Source of the DNA: Phycisphaerae bacterium
GTDB lineage: Bacteria > Planctomycetota > Phycisphaerae > UBA1845 > Fen-1342
Length of the DNA stretch: 64,000 nt
Reading direction: 5' to 3'
NCBI GenBank assembly: GCA_050115495.1
Contig: JASFQK010000011.1
Location: 32,001-96,000 of the forward strand
Shown here one piece after another: positions 38,924 through 49,596 of this stretch. A program made the translations under genes and the position numbers. The notes below the pieces were generated by a model. That model worked only from the letters and a program-made list of their open reading frames with translations. It made no database searches and was not told the origin of the DNA. Numbering within the stretch: the first letter of the stretch is position 1; each line of letters opens with the position of its first letter.

Positions 38924-38925
38924 TC

Positions 38926-39702
38926 ATGGCCGCAGATGCGCCGCTGGATCCGCGCGAAGTGCTCGGCATCGCCCCGGAGGCGTTGCCGCGTCACGTGGCC
39001 ATCATCATGGATGGCAACGGTCGCTGGGCCCGGCAGCGCGGCCGCCCGCGCATCGAGGGTCACCGCGAGGGGACCGAGTCCGTCCGCGAAGCTGTCACGC
39101 AGTGCGCCCGCCTGGGCATTTCCTACCTGACGCTATACAGCTTCTCGCTGGAGAACTGGCGCCGTCCGGCGGACGAGGTCGCCGGCCTGATGGCACTGTA
39201 CGCCGAGATGCTCGTCGCCGAGCGGGACGAGCTGCTCCGCAACCGCATCCGCCTGGTCCAGCTCGGCCGGCAGGAGCGTTTGCCGGACGAGGTCCTGCGC
39301 GAGCTGTCCGTGACCGAGGCGCTCGTCCGCGAGGAGCCGCGACTGACGCTGTGCCTGGCGCTGAACTACGGCAGCCGGGCGGAGATCGTCGACGGCGTCC
39401 GGGCGATCGCCGACCGTGTGGCTCGCGGCGAATTGCGCCCGGAGGACATCGACGAGCAGACGATATCCAACAGCCTGTATACCGCCGGCCTGCCCGATCC
39501 GGACCTGTTGATCCGGACCGCCGGCGAGATGCGGCTGAGCAATTTTCTCCTGTGGCAGCTCAGCTACGCCGAGCTGTACGTCACGCCTGTTCTGTGGCCG
39601 GACTTCCGCCAGGAGCATCTGTACGAGGCGCTGCGGGCGTTTGCCCGGCGGGAGCGGCGGTTCGGCGACGTGGTGCCGGCGCAGTCGCCGGCGACGGAAT
39701 AA
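38926..39702 (+). CDS. uppS: Undecaprenyl diphosphate synthase (cis-isoprenyl transferase)
   Basis: HVAIIMDGNGRWA, FSLENWRR and PDLLIRTAGEMRLSNFLLWQ. Confidence 0.97.
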   Translation: MAADAPLDPREVLGIAPEALPRHVAIIMDGNGRWARQRGRPRIEGHREGTESVREAVTQCARLGISYLTLYSFSLENWRRPADEVAGLMALYAEMLVAERDELLRNRIRLVQLGRQERLPDEVLRELSVTEALVREEPRLTLCLALNYGSRAEIVDGVRAIADRVARGELRPEDIDEQTISNSLYTAGLPDPDLLIRTAGEMRLSNFLLWQLSYAELYVTPVLWPDFRQEHLYEALRAFARRERRFGDVVPAQSPATE

Positions 39703-39733
39703 GTTTCGGCCGGGCGCGAGGGACGCTGGGGCC

Positions 39734-40696
39734 GTGTTGCGGTTACGGTTGATCTTCGGTTTGCTGTTGGCGGGCGCGGTCGTTGCGCTGCTCGTGCTGG
39801 ATGCCTGGCTGGCGACGCTCACGCCGCCGACCTGGGTCGTACCCGGGTTGGGGATCAACGTCGCCGTATGGCTGATGAACGGGGCGATCTCAACGGCGCT
39901 GGTGGCGGTGTTCGTTCTGCTGGCCGCCCACGAACTGCTGTGTTTCGCCCGGGCCCGCGGCTGTTACCCGTCGTGGGTGCTGACGCAGATCGGGGCCGTC
40001 GGGCTGGTCATCGGTCCCTACGTCATCTTCAACTCGCAGGCCGCCGCCGCCCGCACGGGCGAAGCCTGGGGGCTGTTCCTGCTGTGCGTCGTGCTGGGCG
40101 TGTCGTTCGTTCGGCAGTCGTGGCGCTACGGTACGAACCAAGTCATGTCCAACATCGCCGCCACGATGTTCATCGTGCTGTACACGGGCGGTCTGGGCCA
40201 TTTCATGTGCCGGCTGCGGATGGAGGTGGGGGGCAAGGAAGGCGTGCCGCTGCTGCTGTTCTCGCTCTTCGTCGTGAAGATGACGGACGTCGGCGCGTAC
40301 TTCGCCGGCCGGCTGTTCGGCCGGCACCGCATGATCCCCTGGCTCAGCCCGATGAAGACGTGGGAGGGTCTGGTCGGCGGCGTGCTCGTCGCGGCGGCCA
40401 GCGCCCTCGGTGTCGGGCATCTGTTGCACGTCACCGGCGCCGCCCGCATGGGACCGGAGGGCGCACCATACGTCCTGTCGCTGCTGGGTTTCGGGTTGCT
40501 GATGGCGGCCCTGTCCGTCGCGGGCGATCTGTGTGCCTCGCTGCTCAAACGCGACGCCGCGGTGAAGGACTCGGGCGAAGCGCTGCCCGGCTTTGGCGGC
40601 GTGCTCGATGTGCTGGATTCACCTCTGCTGGCCGCACCCGTCGCCTGGGCCTTCTGGACACGGCTCGTGCACGTCGGTTCGGCGATCGGCGCCTGA
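39734..40696 (+). CDS. cdsA: Phosphatidate cytidylyltransferase
   Basis: DVGAYF.G, SPMKTWEG and GDL..S.LKRDAAVKDSG..LPGFGGVLD. Confidence 0.95.
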   Translation: MLRLRLIFGLLLAGAVVALLVLDAWLATLTPPTWVVPGLGINVAVWLMNGAISTALVAVFVLLAAHELLCFARARGCYPSWVLTQIGAVGLVIGPYVIFNSQAAAARTGEAWGLFLLCVVLGVSFVRQSWRYGTNQVMSNIAATMFIVLYTGGLGHFMCRLRMEVGGKEGVPLLLFSLFVVKMTDVGAYFAGRLFGRHRMIPWLSPMKTWEGLVGGVLVAAASALGVGHLLHVTGAARMGPEGAPYVLSLLGFGLLMAALSVAGDLCASLLKRDAAVKDSGEALPGFGGVLDVLDSPLLAAPVAWAFWTRLVHVGSAIGA

Positions 40697-40700
40697 GCCG

Positions 40701-42920
40701 CTACAGCCACGCGTGCAACTGCGTATACGCCCCATAGCCGAGTAGCACCAGGGCCGCCCCCAGCAGTCCCAGCCAAATCGACCAGAGCAGCGGCCGGGTT
40801 CGGAAACGCTCCTGGAACGACAGGGGGACGTTGAAGAACAGATCGAACACGGCGTGCTCGGCCAGGGCGCCCTTCTCGCCGAACACCGGGATGACGTGCA
40901 CCGCACTGCGCGCCCAGCGGCCGGCGAGGAAGCGGGCCAGCGCCGGGTCGTGCGCAACCATCTGGAGCGGAAACGCCAGGTAGCCGACCACGTGTATGAA
41001 CGAGACCGGAGCCGCGATGTAGTAGTTCTTGATGTCCCGGTCGCGCACCATCATGAACAGCACGAAGAGCCCGCGGGCCATCGATCCGGGCGAGATCGGG
41101 AACGTCTGAATCGCTACCGCCCAGAATGCCCCGCGAGCTGCCGTTGCCGTCCAGCCGATACCGTTCAGCCGATCGTACGTGATGATCACCGCCCAGACGA
41201 TCGCGATGACGATTTGCGTGACCGGCACGGTGCAGAGGTGTGCGGCGACGCAGAGCAAGTACTTCTGAATGAATGGGTCGTGGACCTGGTGCGCGATCTT
41301 CGCCGCCTCGTCGTCGGTCAGCATGCCCTCTTCGCGGCCGAGGTGGACCTGTTCGAGCAGCCACTCCTCACGGAACTGCGGTTGCACCAGGAAACGCAGC
41401 ACGAAGCTGAACCGCTCCTGCACCAGCTTCCAGCCGTACGACGGTTCGGCGATCATCCGATGCCAGCGCGCCGGCAGCCAGCCGATGAGGATTCGTTGCA
41501 GCCAGAACCGCACCGGTTGGCGCACGAGCCGCAACGCACGCTCGTCGCTTATCCGGCCCTGGCGGTGCCAGTTGCACAATACCTCGATCCGCGAGCCGCG
41601 CAGGGCCCGCATGAAGTAGCTCCAGTTGCTCAGCATGCGCCCGAGGTGAGCCCGGTAGCCGCTGTGCCCCCACAGCTTCAACACGGCTTTGCCCAGCAGC
41701 GGTACTAGCGACACGAACCACAGGAGCGTGCACCACACGCCGCGACGGCGCAGTTGCTCGGCGTGCTCCTCGTCGATCCGTCCCTTGTGCTGCCAGCCCG
41801 TAATCGCTCCCGCCCGCACATCCCGCCGCAATGAGCCGTCGGACAGCAGCCGGACGTGATGGTGCGTGATATCGGGCAGCGATCGGCGGTGGATCGTTTC
41901 GCACTCGACCAGCTCGTTGACCGCCGGCTGGAGGTCGGCGAATTCCTCGCGGTGCTCGTCAATGAAGGCATGCAGGCGCGGCAAGTCGCTCCGGTCGAAC
42001 TGCACCAGCCGCCCGTGCCGCAAGCCGCGCAGGATCAGCCAGAAGTCCGCCGGACTCATCGGCAGGAAGGGCAGCAGGGCGAGGCCGGCACGGAAGTCGA
42101 TCGCGGTCAGGCCGGCTCGCGGCGAATGGTCGTTACCGAGGCGCTTGAGGGCGTTCGGCTGGCTCTTGCACGTCCACCATTCGTACTGCCGGGCCAGTTC
42201 ACCGGCGCCCATGTCGTGCAGCAGGCGAACGAGGTCGCGCATGAACAGGCGTTTGTGGACGTACTCGGCGCTGGGGATGTCCGCGGGCGGCTCGCCCTTG
42301 AACTCCCAGCGTTCGATTACGTGCTGGTCGACCTCGAACTTCCAGATCCGGCCGGAGACCCACTCGTTGATCTCGCCGAAGCTGTGGAGCTGATCGTCGT
42401 AGAACGTGGCGAACGTGTCGCAGACGGACGTCGGCTCGCCCAGCCGCTCGGCCGCGGCCCGGCGGATCAGCTTCTGCCACAACACGCCGACGCGCACCGC
42501 CGCCGGATTCACCTCGGCGCTGAACGCCCCCTGGTATGCCAGGAAGTAGAGGACGTCGCGGAAGAGGGCGGCCATCCCCGACGGTGGCCGCAGGATCTTG
42601 ATCGCGTAGCGCTGCCCGACTTCGAGTCCGACCAGCGGTCCGTCGTCCGGCTGCACCTCGCGAAGCACCACCCGATAGACCTGACCCGCGAAACCCCCGC
42701 CGACGAAGCGCTCGACCTCGGCCTCGATCCGGCCGGTATTCGCCGGCACGACGCCCGTGACCGCCAGCGAGAGCCGCGCTCCCGCGTCGTAGCAGCTCCG
42801 CCGAAACGGCCGCAGCAGATCGCACGCCCCGAACTCGTCTTCGAGTCGGGCGCGCACCCGCGGCGGTGGGGGGCTCGACGGCGGCACCTCGGGCTTCGCC
42901 TCCATCACCATCTCGGCCAT
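40701..42920 (-). CDS. Large membrane protein with N-terminal protein-kinase-like motifs
   Basis: GGGFAGQVY, YAIKIL, KSQPN and IDF; several C-terminal TM helices. Confidence 0.7.
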   Translation of the reverse strand: MAEMVMEAKPEVPPSSPPPPRVRARLEDEFGACDLLRPFRRSCYDAGARLSLAVTGVVPANTGRIEAEVERFVGGGFAGQVYRVVLREVQPDDGPLVGLEVGQRYAIKILRPPSGMAALFRDVLYFLAYQGAFSAEVNPAAVRVGVLWQKLIRRAAAERLGEPTSVCDTFATFYDDQLHSFGEINEWVSGRIWKFEVDQHVIERWEFKGEPPADIPSAEYVHKRLFMRDLVRLLHDMGAGELARQYEWWTCKSQPNALKRLGNDHSPRAGLTAIDFRAGLALLPFLPMSPADFWLILRGLRHGRLVQFDRSDLPRLHAFIDEHREEFADLQPAVNELVECETIHRRSLPDITHHHVRLLSDGSLRRDVRAGAITGWQHKGRIDEEHAEQLRRRGVWCTLLWFVSLVPLLGKAVLKLWGHSGYRAHLGRMLSNWSYFMRALRGSRIEVLCNWHRQGRISDERALRLVRQPVRFWLQRILIGWLPARWHRMIAEPSYGWKLVQERFSFVLRFLVQPQFREEWLLEQVHLGREEGMLTDDEAAKIAHQVHDPFIQKYLLCVAAHLCTVPVTQIVIAIVWAVIITYDRLNGIGWTATAARGAFWAVAIQTFPISPGSMARGLFVLFMMVRDRDIKNYYIAAPVSFIHVVGYLAFPLQMVAHDPALARFLAGRWARSAVHVIPVFGEKGALAEHAVFDLFFNVPLSFQERFRTRPLLWSIWLGLLGAALVLLGYGAYTQLHAWL

Positions 42921-43127
42921 CCGGGTCTCCCAGCCGGACCACCGCACGCGTCGTTCGGCCGACGGCGCGAACTGCTATTGTATCGGACATCGGGCCGGCG
43001 GGCTTCGCTCCGCACTCCGCCACAGGCCGTCGGAAAGGGGGACACGGTCGAAAACAGGGACTGGCTCCGAATCGGCGGCCTCGTCAAGCTTCGATAACTA
43101 CACGCCGCCCGGTGCCCGACCTCTTTC

Positions 43128-43667
43128 TCAACCCAAACCCAGCATCGCCGCCAGCGGCGTCAGCCGCCAGACCACCTGTCCGACGATGTTGGCGTACAGG
43201 CCCGCAAACAGATCGTCCAGCAGAATGCCCCAGCCGTCGCGCAGCCGTTCGAGCTGCCGTGCCGGCGGCGGCTTCAGGATGTCCATGATCCGAAACAGAA
43301 CGAACTGCCCGCCGACCACGAACATCAGCGTTAGCCACCCCGCGCTCAGCGCCGCCGGCATCGCCAGTAGGGCCACCCACTGCCCGGCGAACTCGTCCAG
43401 CACGAACGACTTCGGATCTTTGCTCTTGAAGTGCGCCACCGCCCACGACCCCCACATGACGGCGATGATCGAGCTGACCGCGATGCCGAGCACCAGCCCC
43501 GTCTCGGCCACGCAGCGCTGCTGCATCGCTCCCGCCGCCAGCCACACGGGTGCGAACAGCACGACCGCCGTCGCCGAGCCCCACGTTCCCGAGGCCGGGC
43601 GCAGGTAACCGCTGCCCAGCACGGTGATGCAGGCGGCCTTCAGCCTGTCGGGGCCGGAGATGCTCAA
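43128..43667 (-). CDS. pgpA: Phosphatidylglycerophosphatase A
   Basis: PASGTWGS, DPKSFVLDEFAG, FRIMDILKP and GWGILLDDLFAG; TTG start overlaps the pgsA stop. Confidence 0.93.
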   Translation of the reverse strand: MSISGPDRLKAACITVLGSGYLRPASGTWGSATAVVLFAPVWLAAGAMQQRCVAETGLVLGIAVSSIIAVMWGSWAVAHFKSKDPKSFVLDEFAGQWVALLAMPAALSAGWLTLMFVVGGQFVLFRIMDILKPPPARQLERLRDGWGILLDDLFAGLYANIVGQVVWRLTPLAAMLGLG

Positions 43668-44332
43668 GCGCCGTCTTCCTCCCCTGACGGGCTCGGCTCG
43701 TTGGCGGACTTGGGCCGGGTGCTCCCCAGGGCCGCGCTGCTCAGCAGGAACGAGCGCGCCCGGCGGACGTAGACGATGATCGACAGGGCCGTGACCAGCA
43801 CGGTCAGCCACACGCACGTCGTTCGCAGCGGCGCCATCGAGTCCAGCCGCCAGCCCAACTGCCCCAGGATGATGCAGACCGTCGCCGACTGCACGAACAT
43901 CTTCAGCTTGCCCACCCAGTTGGCGCCGAAGTCCTTGCCGCCCGACTCGGCGTGGGCCCGAATCGCCGACACGAGGAACTCGCGGATGAGAATGACCAGC
44001 ACCATCCACGGCTGCACGCCCGTGATGTTCTGCCCCTCGTGCATGAAGTTCGGGCCGGCGAACAGCACGAACGCCCCGCACACCATGATCTTGTCGACCA
44101 CGGGGTCCACGATGCGGCCGAACGACGTGACCTGCTTCAGCCAGCGGGCGAGCAACCCGTCGACGGCGTCGCCCACCGCCGCCACCAGGAACACCCAGAA
44201 CCCGGCGACCAGCAGCCACCGCGGATCATCCGCCGCGCTGAACAGCGACAAGAGCACGAAAAAGATGAGGGCCAGCACGAGCCGGCCGAGCGTAACCTGG
44301 TTGGGAATATTGATGGTCATGCCTGCCGCCAT
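43664..44332 (-). CDS. pgsA: CDP-diacylglycerol--glycerol-3-phosphate 3-phosphatidyltransferase
   Basis: NIPNQVTLGR, DAVDGLLAR..TSFGRIVDPVVDK, REFLVS and GKLKM. Confidence 0.95.
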   Translation of the reverse strand: MAAGMTINIPNQVTLGRLVLALIFFVLLSLFSAADDPRWLLVAGFWVFLVAAVGDAVDGLLARWLKQVTSFGRIVDPVVDKIMVCGAFVLFAGPNFMHEGQNITGVQPWMVLVILIREFLVSAIRAHAESGGKDFGANWVGKLKMFVQSATVCIILGQLGWRLDSMAPLRTTCVWLTVLVTALSIIVYVRRARSFLLSSAALGSTRPKSANEPSPSGEEDGA

Positions 44333-44420
44333 TGGGTTCGCACACCGCCGCCGCAGTGTACCCGCCCCGCGCGCGCCGGCAAAGCCTCGCGGCCCCGGTT
44401 TGCGGTCAGTGGGTGGTGAG

Positions 44421-44825
44421 CTACATGAGGTTCTGCAACTGCCGCAGTTCGATGAGGTGTCCCGCCGGATCGTTCACCAGGATCCATTGGTCGGTGAAGC
44501 TGAAGCCGCGGTAGCGGGCGAACGGCCACTCGCGCTCTTCGAGCCGCCGGGCCGCCGTGTCGAGTGACGTAACCGTCAGCGTCAGCCGCCGTCGCATCGG
44601 GTCGATGACCGGGTCGTGTCGGTACTGGAGGTAGAGGCCGCAGCGTGGATCGCCGAAGCCGATCCCGCCGGGAATCTGCTCCGCCGCCGGCCAGGGGGCC
44701 AGACTGAGCAGTTCGGCGTAGAAGTGCGTCAGTGCTTCGCGTTGCTCATGGGGCACGGGTACGCGCACTTCGGTAACGCAGTGCACCTCGGCGAACAGCT
44801 CCTCATGCGGGGCCAGGGGCTCCAT
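44421..44825 (-). CDS. VOC/glyoxalase-like protein
   Basis: HFYAELL and VNDPAGHLIEL. Confidence 0.7.
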   Translation of the reverse strand: MEPLAPHEELFAEVHCVTEVRVPVPHEQREALTHFYAELLSLAPWPAAEQIPGGIGFGDPRCGLYLQYRHDPVIDPMRRRLTLTVTSLDTAARRLEEREWPFARYRGFSFTDQWILVNDPAGHLIELRQLQNLM

Positions 44826-45046
44826 ATACGAGAATGTAGCGACTCCGCCTCGTGTGCCAAAGTGGGCCCGCGATGGCTCCATTGGCTCCGTCGTCGGGGG
44901 GGGAGGCTGCTGTTATCGGCCCGGATCGCAGGTTCGGGCAACGGGTATCGAGCCGCCGGCTCCCCGTGCCGATACAGACTGCGGGCTCAGGGGGGTGACG
45001 GGCAGGGCAGGGCGAGCCCCGCCGAACTGGTTCCCTCGGGTGGTCT

Positions 45047-46081
45047 ATGCGTCTGTTTTCGCTATTGCGCGGAGTGTTCGGTCGGTCGGGTCGCGACGTC
45101 GATACCGATGCGCCGGAGTCGCTGCCGTCTCCGCCGCCGACGGTCGCCGTCGCCGTTGAGCCCGACGTGCCGGACGGCCCGCCGGGCTGGTGGGTGCCTC
45201 GCGGCCCGCCGGTGCTGGCGCCGCCGACGCCGGCCGGCGTACGCGTCGCACGGACCCTGTACGATCGTTGCGCCCGGGCAGTGGACGATCCGACTCTGGA
45301 ATTGCCGCAGCTTCCGCACGTTGGGCAGCAACTGCTCGCCATGCTGCACGCCGAGGATGTGAGCTTCCCGGAGGCGGCCGAACTGGCCGGACAGGATCCG
45401 GCCCTGGCGGCCGACCTGCTGCGCGTGGTCAACTCCGTCGCCTACCGCGGGATCAACGAGATTCGCCGGCTCGACCTGGCCCTGGCCCGCCTGGGCCGCC
45501 GCGCCGCCCACAGCCTCGTCCTGACCGCCTCCGTGAAGCGCATCGCCATTCGGCTCGGCGGCGCCCACCGCACGCTCGGCGAGCAGCTCTGGCGGCGGTC
45601 GGTCGCGTCGGCGGTGGTGGCCGGCGTGCTCGGCACGCAGCGAAACGTCCCCGAAGAAGAAGCGTTCCTGATCGGCCTGTTGCACGACATCGGTTTGCTC
45701 GCCGTGCTGAAGATCGTGCACGACTTCCAGCAGAGCGAGGGGCGTCCGGTGTCACGGGCTGCCTTCGATGCCCTGGGGGCCCGCTGGCACGAGCATCTCG
45801 GCCTGCGCCTGGCCGACGCCTGGAACCTGCCCGATCCACTGCCCGAACTGTTGGGCAACCACCACCATCTGCCGGGCGACGCCGATCCGCTGGCCGGTCA
45901 GCGCTTGCTGCTTCAGGTGACCGACGTGGTCTGCTCGCTGTTGGAGTACGCGCCGTACGTGCCATACGATTTCTTCAACCTCGACTGTGTCCAGCGCTTC
46001 GGCCTGACGGACACGCGCGCGACGCGCGCGCTGTTGACCGATCTGCCGGAGCAGATCGCCGGTCGGCTCGAGGTGTTGTGA
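45047..46081 (+). CDS. Stand-alone HDOD-domain protein
   Basis: LPQLP, DPALAADLLRVVNS, LWRRS, GLLHDIG and WNLP. Confidence 0.9.
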   Translation: MRLFSLLRGVFGRSGRDVDTDAPESLPSPPPTVAVAVEPDVPDGPPGWWVPRGPPVLAPPTPAGVRVARTLYDRCARAVDDPTLELPQLPHVGQQLLAMLHAEDVSFPEAAELAGQDPALAADLLRVVNSVAYRGINEIRRLDLALARLGRRAAHSLVLTASVKRIAIRLGGAHRTLGEQLWRRSVASAVVAGVLGTQRNVPEEEAFLIGLLHDIGLLAVLKIVHDFQQSEGRPVSRAAFDALGARWHEHLGLRLADAWNLPDPLPELLGNHHHLPGDADPLAGQRLLLQVTDVVCSLLEYAPYVPYDFFNLDCVQRFGLTDTRATRALLTDLPEQIAGRLEVL

Positions 46082-46093
46082 GGGGGGGCGGGC

Positions 46094-46157
46094 CAAAGGA
46101 GCAAAGGAACAAAGGAGCAGAGGAGCAAAGGGGCAAAGGAGCAAAGGAACAGAGAGC
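46094..46157 (+). repeat. Octamer tandem repeat (CAAAGGAG consensus, 7 good copies plus 1 degenerate)
   Basis: CAAAGGAG CAAAGGAA CAAAGGAG CAGAGGAG CAAAGGGG CAAAGGAG CAAAGGAA CAGAGAGC. Confidence 0.85.
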
Positions 46158-46176
46158 CGCGCGTCCAGCGCCGCCC

Positions 46177-46197
46177 GTAGGGCGGGTTTCACCCGCC
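46177..46197 (+). repeat. GTAG-type REP
   Basis: GTAG followed by hairpin GGCGGGT-TTC-ACCCGCC. Confidence 0.6.
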
Positions 46198-46245
46198 GGT
46201 CGTTCGGCCGCCGGAAGACCGCCGATTTAGCGCGACCGGCTGCGC

Positions 46246-46293
46246 AGAAAAGAAGATGGCTCGCTGGCGACGTTCGGTCGCCGGCGAGCCATC
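46246..46293 (-). terminator. Terminator downstream of the PPase gene
   Basis: Minus strand GATGGCTCGCCGGCGAC-loop-GTCGCCAGCGAGCCATC followed by TTCTTTTCT. Confidence 0.75.
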
Positions 46294-46321
46294 GGGTTGT
46301 CTGCTTCGTCAGCCGGTCAGC

Positions 46322-49120
46322 CTAGCCCAGGCCGAGCCACTGGCTGATCTGCGGGGCGTACTTCACGACCAGACCCGCAAATACGACCGAGACCATGCTC
46401 ATCAGCTTGATGAGGATGTTCAGGCTGGGGCCGGAGGTGTCCTTGAACGGATCGCCGACCGTGTCGCCCACGACGCCGGCCTTGTGATCGTCCGAGCCCT
46501 TGCCGTAGACGATCGCCGTCGGCCGGCCGGCCTTGATGGCCAACTGGGCGCGGTTGACGATGTCCTCGCGGATGGACGCCGGGACCTTCTCCCGCACGCT
46601 GGCGTCGTTGACCACCTGCTCGGCCGTGATCCTGCCGAACGTCTCGATGAGCTTCTTGGCGTTGTCCCACGCACCGCCGGCGTTGGCCATGAAGATGGCC
46701 ACGGCGAATCCGCAGGTCAGTCCGCCGGCCAGCAGGCCCATCACGCCCGGCACGTCGAACAGCAGGCCGACGATGACCGGCGTCACGATGGCCATCAGCG
46801 ACGGGATGATCATCTCGCGCTGGGCGCCGCGCGTGGAAATGTGCACGGCCTTGGCGTAGTCGGGGATGCGCTCGCCGCCGTGCTCGATCTGCGTCCGCGG
46901 CCAGTTGTCCGGGTCGCTGACAAAGGCCTCGTCGTGGCCCTTGGCCCGCAGGTACGCCCGCATCTTCTCGAACTGAACGCGGCATTCGCGCATCATGCGG
47001 TACGCCGCCCGCCCGACGGCCTGCATCGTCATCGAGCAGAACACGAACACCAGCAGCACGCCTGCGAACATGCCGCACAGCACCTTCGGGTTCATCAGCG
47101 TCACGTTGTAGAACGACATGTACTGGGCCAGCGACGCCTTTCGCGCCGGCACCAGCCGCAACGTGTGCTCGCCGAACATCGCCGTCCGTACGTGTTCCTC
47201 GTCCGGTGCCGACAGTCCCGTGACCACGGAGTCGACCTTCAGATCTGCCGGGGCGGGGTTCGGCTCCATGAGCATGTAGCACTCGAAGGCGCCGCTGCCC
47301 GCTCCCTCGCCGACCCGCGTCGCCAGCTTGCCGTTGCCGTAGTACTGGGCCTGGTCCGGGTTGGCCGTTTCGACCGTCTGGACGATCGCCGCCTGCGCCT
47401 CGCGGATCTGCCCGATACGCACCTCTTCGACGTACGCCGCCAGCAGGGCCAGCGCGGTCAGCGCCGCCGAGCCGATGGCGAAGCCCTTGCCCGTCGCCGC
47501 GGTCGTGTTGCCCAGTGAGTCGAGGGCGTCCGTCCGCTGCCGCACGTAGGGCTCCTGGCCGGTCATTTCGGCGTTGCCGCCGGCGTTGTCGGCGATCGGC
47601 CCGTAGGCGTCGGTCGCCAGCGTGATGCCCAGCGTGGCCAGCATGCCCACGGCGGCGATACCCACGCCGTACAGACCCAGCAGGAACTCCTGCTGCCCGC
47701 CGGCCGCCACGAAGGCCACCAGAATGGCGATGATGATCGTCACCAGCGAGGCCCACGTGCTCTTCATGCCCGTGGCGATGCCCGCGATGATGACCGTCGC
47801 CGGCCCGGTGATGGCCTGTTCGGCGATCCGTTGCGTCGGCCTGAATTCGTAGCTCGTGTAGTACTCGGTCGCGTAACCGATGACGTTGCCGGCGACGAGG
47901 CCGGCCAGAATCGCAATCCAGATGCCGATCGAACTGACGCCCTCGATGCCGCCGAAGAGCAGGAAGCACAGCGGCAGGGCGACGACAGCGATGAGCCCGC
48001 TGCTGCCGTAGATGCCCATGCGCAGGGCGTTGAGCAACTGGCCCATCGTGGCGTCTTCCTTCGTCCGCACCATGTAGATGCCGAGGACGGAGAGGATGAT
48101 GCCCACGCCGGCCAGGGCCATCGGGGCGCTGAGCATCTTCAGCGCCGGGCCGAAGCCCGTGCCGCCTTCGCCGCCGTAGAGGGCACTGGCCGCCGCCACG
48201 CCCAGGGCGCCGGTGGCCAGGATGGAGCCGCAGTACGATTCGAACAGGTCGGCACCCATGCCGGCCACGTCGCCGACGTTGTCGCCCACGTTGTCGGCAA
48301 TGGTCGCCGGGTTGCGCGGGTCGTCCTCGGGAATGCCGGCTTCGACCTTGCCGACCAGGTCCGCCCCGACGTCCGCGGCCTTCGTGTAGATACCGCCGCC
48401 CACGCGGGCGAACAGCGCCTGCGAGCTGGCGCCCATGCCGAACGTCAGCATCACGACCGTGATGTCGTTCAGCGTCATGTTCTGCGTGAAGTCGAACGGC
48501 AGGATCCCGGAGTACAGCACCAGGAACCAGCCGACGATGTCGATCAGGCCGAAGCCGACGACCACCAGGCCCATGACCGCTCCGCTGCGGAAGGCGACCA
48601 CCAGGCCGTCATTCAGCGACTTGCGCGCCCCAGCGGCCGTGCGGTGCGAGGCCCGCGTGGCGGTGTTCATGCCCAGGTAGCCGCACAAGCCGCTCCAGAA
48701 ACCGCCCGTCAGGAAGGCGAAGAAGACGATCTTGTGCTGCACGTGCAGGTTCCAGCCCATCCAGAAGAGGATGGCCGAAACCAGGATGAAGAACACCACC
48801 ACGACCTTGTACTGCTGCCACAGGTAGGCCATCGCGCCGGTCCGCACATAGCCCGAGATGCGCTGCATGTCCTCGGTGCCTTCGTCGGCCTCGAGCATCG
48901 ACTTGTAGAAGATGCGGGCGAAGACCAGGGCCAGAATCGCTCCCACCGGCGCAATCCACCAGATCCACGGAATGTCGCCGAGTGAGTGCGAAACCGCTTC
49001 TTCGCTCGCCGCCGCCGTGGTGGTTGTGGTGGTCTGGGCCAGGGCCGGTGCCGCGAGTAGCAACACGACGGTCAGGGCCAGTACGCCGATCCCCCACTGC
49101 TTTCCACGAAATGCGTTCAC
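46322..49120 (-). CDS. hppA: Membrane-integral K+-dependent pyrophosphatase (Na+ or Na+,H+ translocating)
   Basis: [35 protein letters not shown] and [14 protein letters not shown]. Confidence 0.95.
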   Translation of the reverse strand: MNAFRGKQWGIGVLALTVVLLLAAPALAQTTTTTTAAASEEAVSHSLGDIPWIWWIAPVGAILALVFARIFYKSMLEADEGTEDMQRISGYVRTGAMAYLWQQYKVVVVFFILVSAILFWMGWNLHVQHKIVFFAFLTGGFWSGLCGYLGMNTATRASHRTAAGARKSLNDGLVVAFRSGAVMGLVVVGFGLIDIVGWFLVLYSGILPFDFTQNMTLNDITVVMLTFGMGASSQALFARVGGGIYTKAADVGADLVGKVEAGIPEDDPRNPATIADNVGDNVGDVAGMGADLFESYCGSILATGALGVAAASALYGGEGGTGFGPALKMLSAPMALAGVGIILSVLGIYMVRTKEDATMGQLLNALRMGIYGSSGLIAVVALPLCFLLFGGIEGVSSIGIWIAILAGLVAGNVIGYATEYYTSYEFRPTQRIAEQAITGPATVIIAGIATGMKSTWASLVTIIIAILVAFVAAGGQQEFLLGLYGVGIAAVGMLATLGITLATDAYGPIADNAGGNAEMTGQEPYVRQRTDALDSLGNTTAATGKGFAIGSAALTALALLAAYVEEVRIGQIREAQAAIVQTVETANPDQAQYYGNGKLATRVGEGAGSGAFECYMLMEPNPAPADLKVDSVVTGLSAPDEEHVRTAMFGEHTLRLVPARKASLAQYMSFYNVTLMNPKVLCGMFAGVLLVFVFCSMTMQAVGRAAYRMMRECRVQFEKMRAYLRAKGHDEAFVSDPDNWPRTQIEHGGERIPDYAKAVHISTRGAQREMIIPSLMAIVTPVIVGLLFDVPGVMGLLAGGLTCGFAVAIFMANAGGAWDNAKKLIETFGRITAEQVVNDASVREKVPASIREDIVNRAQLAIKAGRPTAIVYGKGSDDHKAGVVGDTVGDPFKDTSGPSLNILIKLMSMVSVVFAGLVVKYAPQISQWLGLG

Positions 49121-49334
49121 CGCTTACGCTCCTTCGTCAGCGCAGAGACTGTGATACTGAAACTGAAAGGTGCCGGACGCACCGTCCGTCGCGCCAGCGC
49201 ACGGCCGCCCGAGAACCGCAATGTAATCCATGCAGACAGGGAAACAAGTCCGCCGCCCGAAAAGCGGCCTTGTCATGAGCGATGAAAGGCAGCCGGTCGA
49301 TCACTAGGCTGCCCGTGCTGGTACCGCGCGCGGG

Positions 49335-49520
49335 TTAGGGCTGCTCGCGGGCGATACGCTTCAGTGACTTGCGAACCCGGCGGCGACGGCGCTCGGAAGG
49401 CTTCTCGTAGTAGCTGTTGCGCTTGATGTCGCGCGTGAGCCCCTCTTTCTCACAGAGCTTCTTGAAGCGGCGCACCATCTGCTCAACGGATTCGTTGCTG
49501 CGTACCTTAACCCTGATCAT
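49335..49520 (-). CDS. rpsU: 30S ribosomal protein S21
   Basis: ESVEQMVRRFKK..YYEKPSERRRR. Confidence 0.95.
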   Translation of the reverse strand: MIRVKVRSNESVEQMVRRFKKLCEKEGLTRDIKRNSYYEKPSERRRRRVRKSLKRIAREQP

Positions 49521-49596
49521 GCACACCTAACCCTTTTCAATCCAGCGGATTACGTGGGTCAGACAGTCCGGTCCGACCGCCCACGCACCAATCTCC

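Noticed and set aside
43668..44219. Long PgpA or a PgsA-PgpA fusion/frameshift
   Set aside because: Alternate frame over pgsA; a simple TTGA stop/start overlap explains it
46094..46157. CRISPR array
   Set aside because: 8-bp tandem units with no unique spacers; no cas genes in the window
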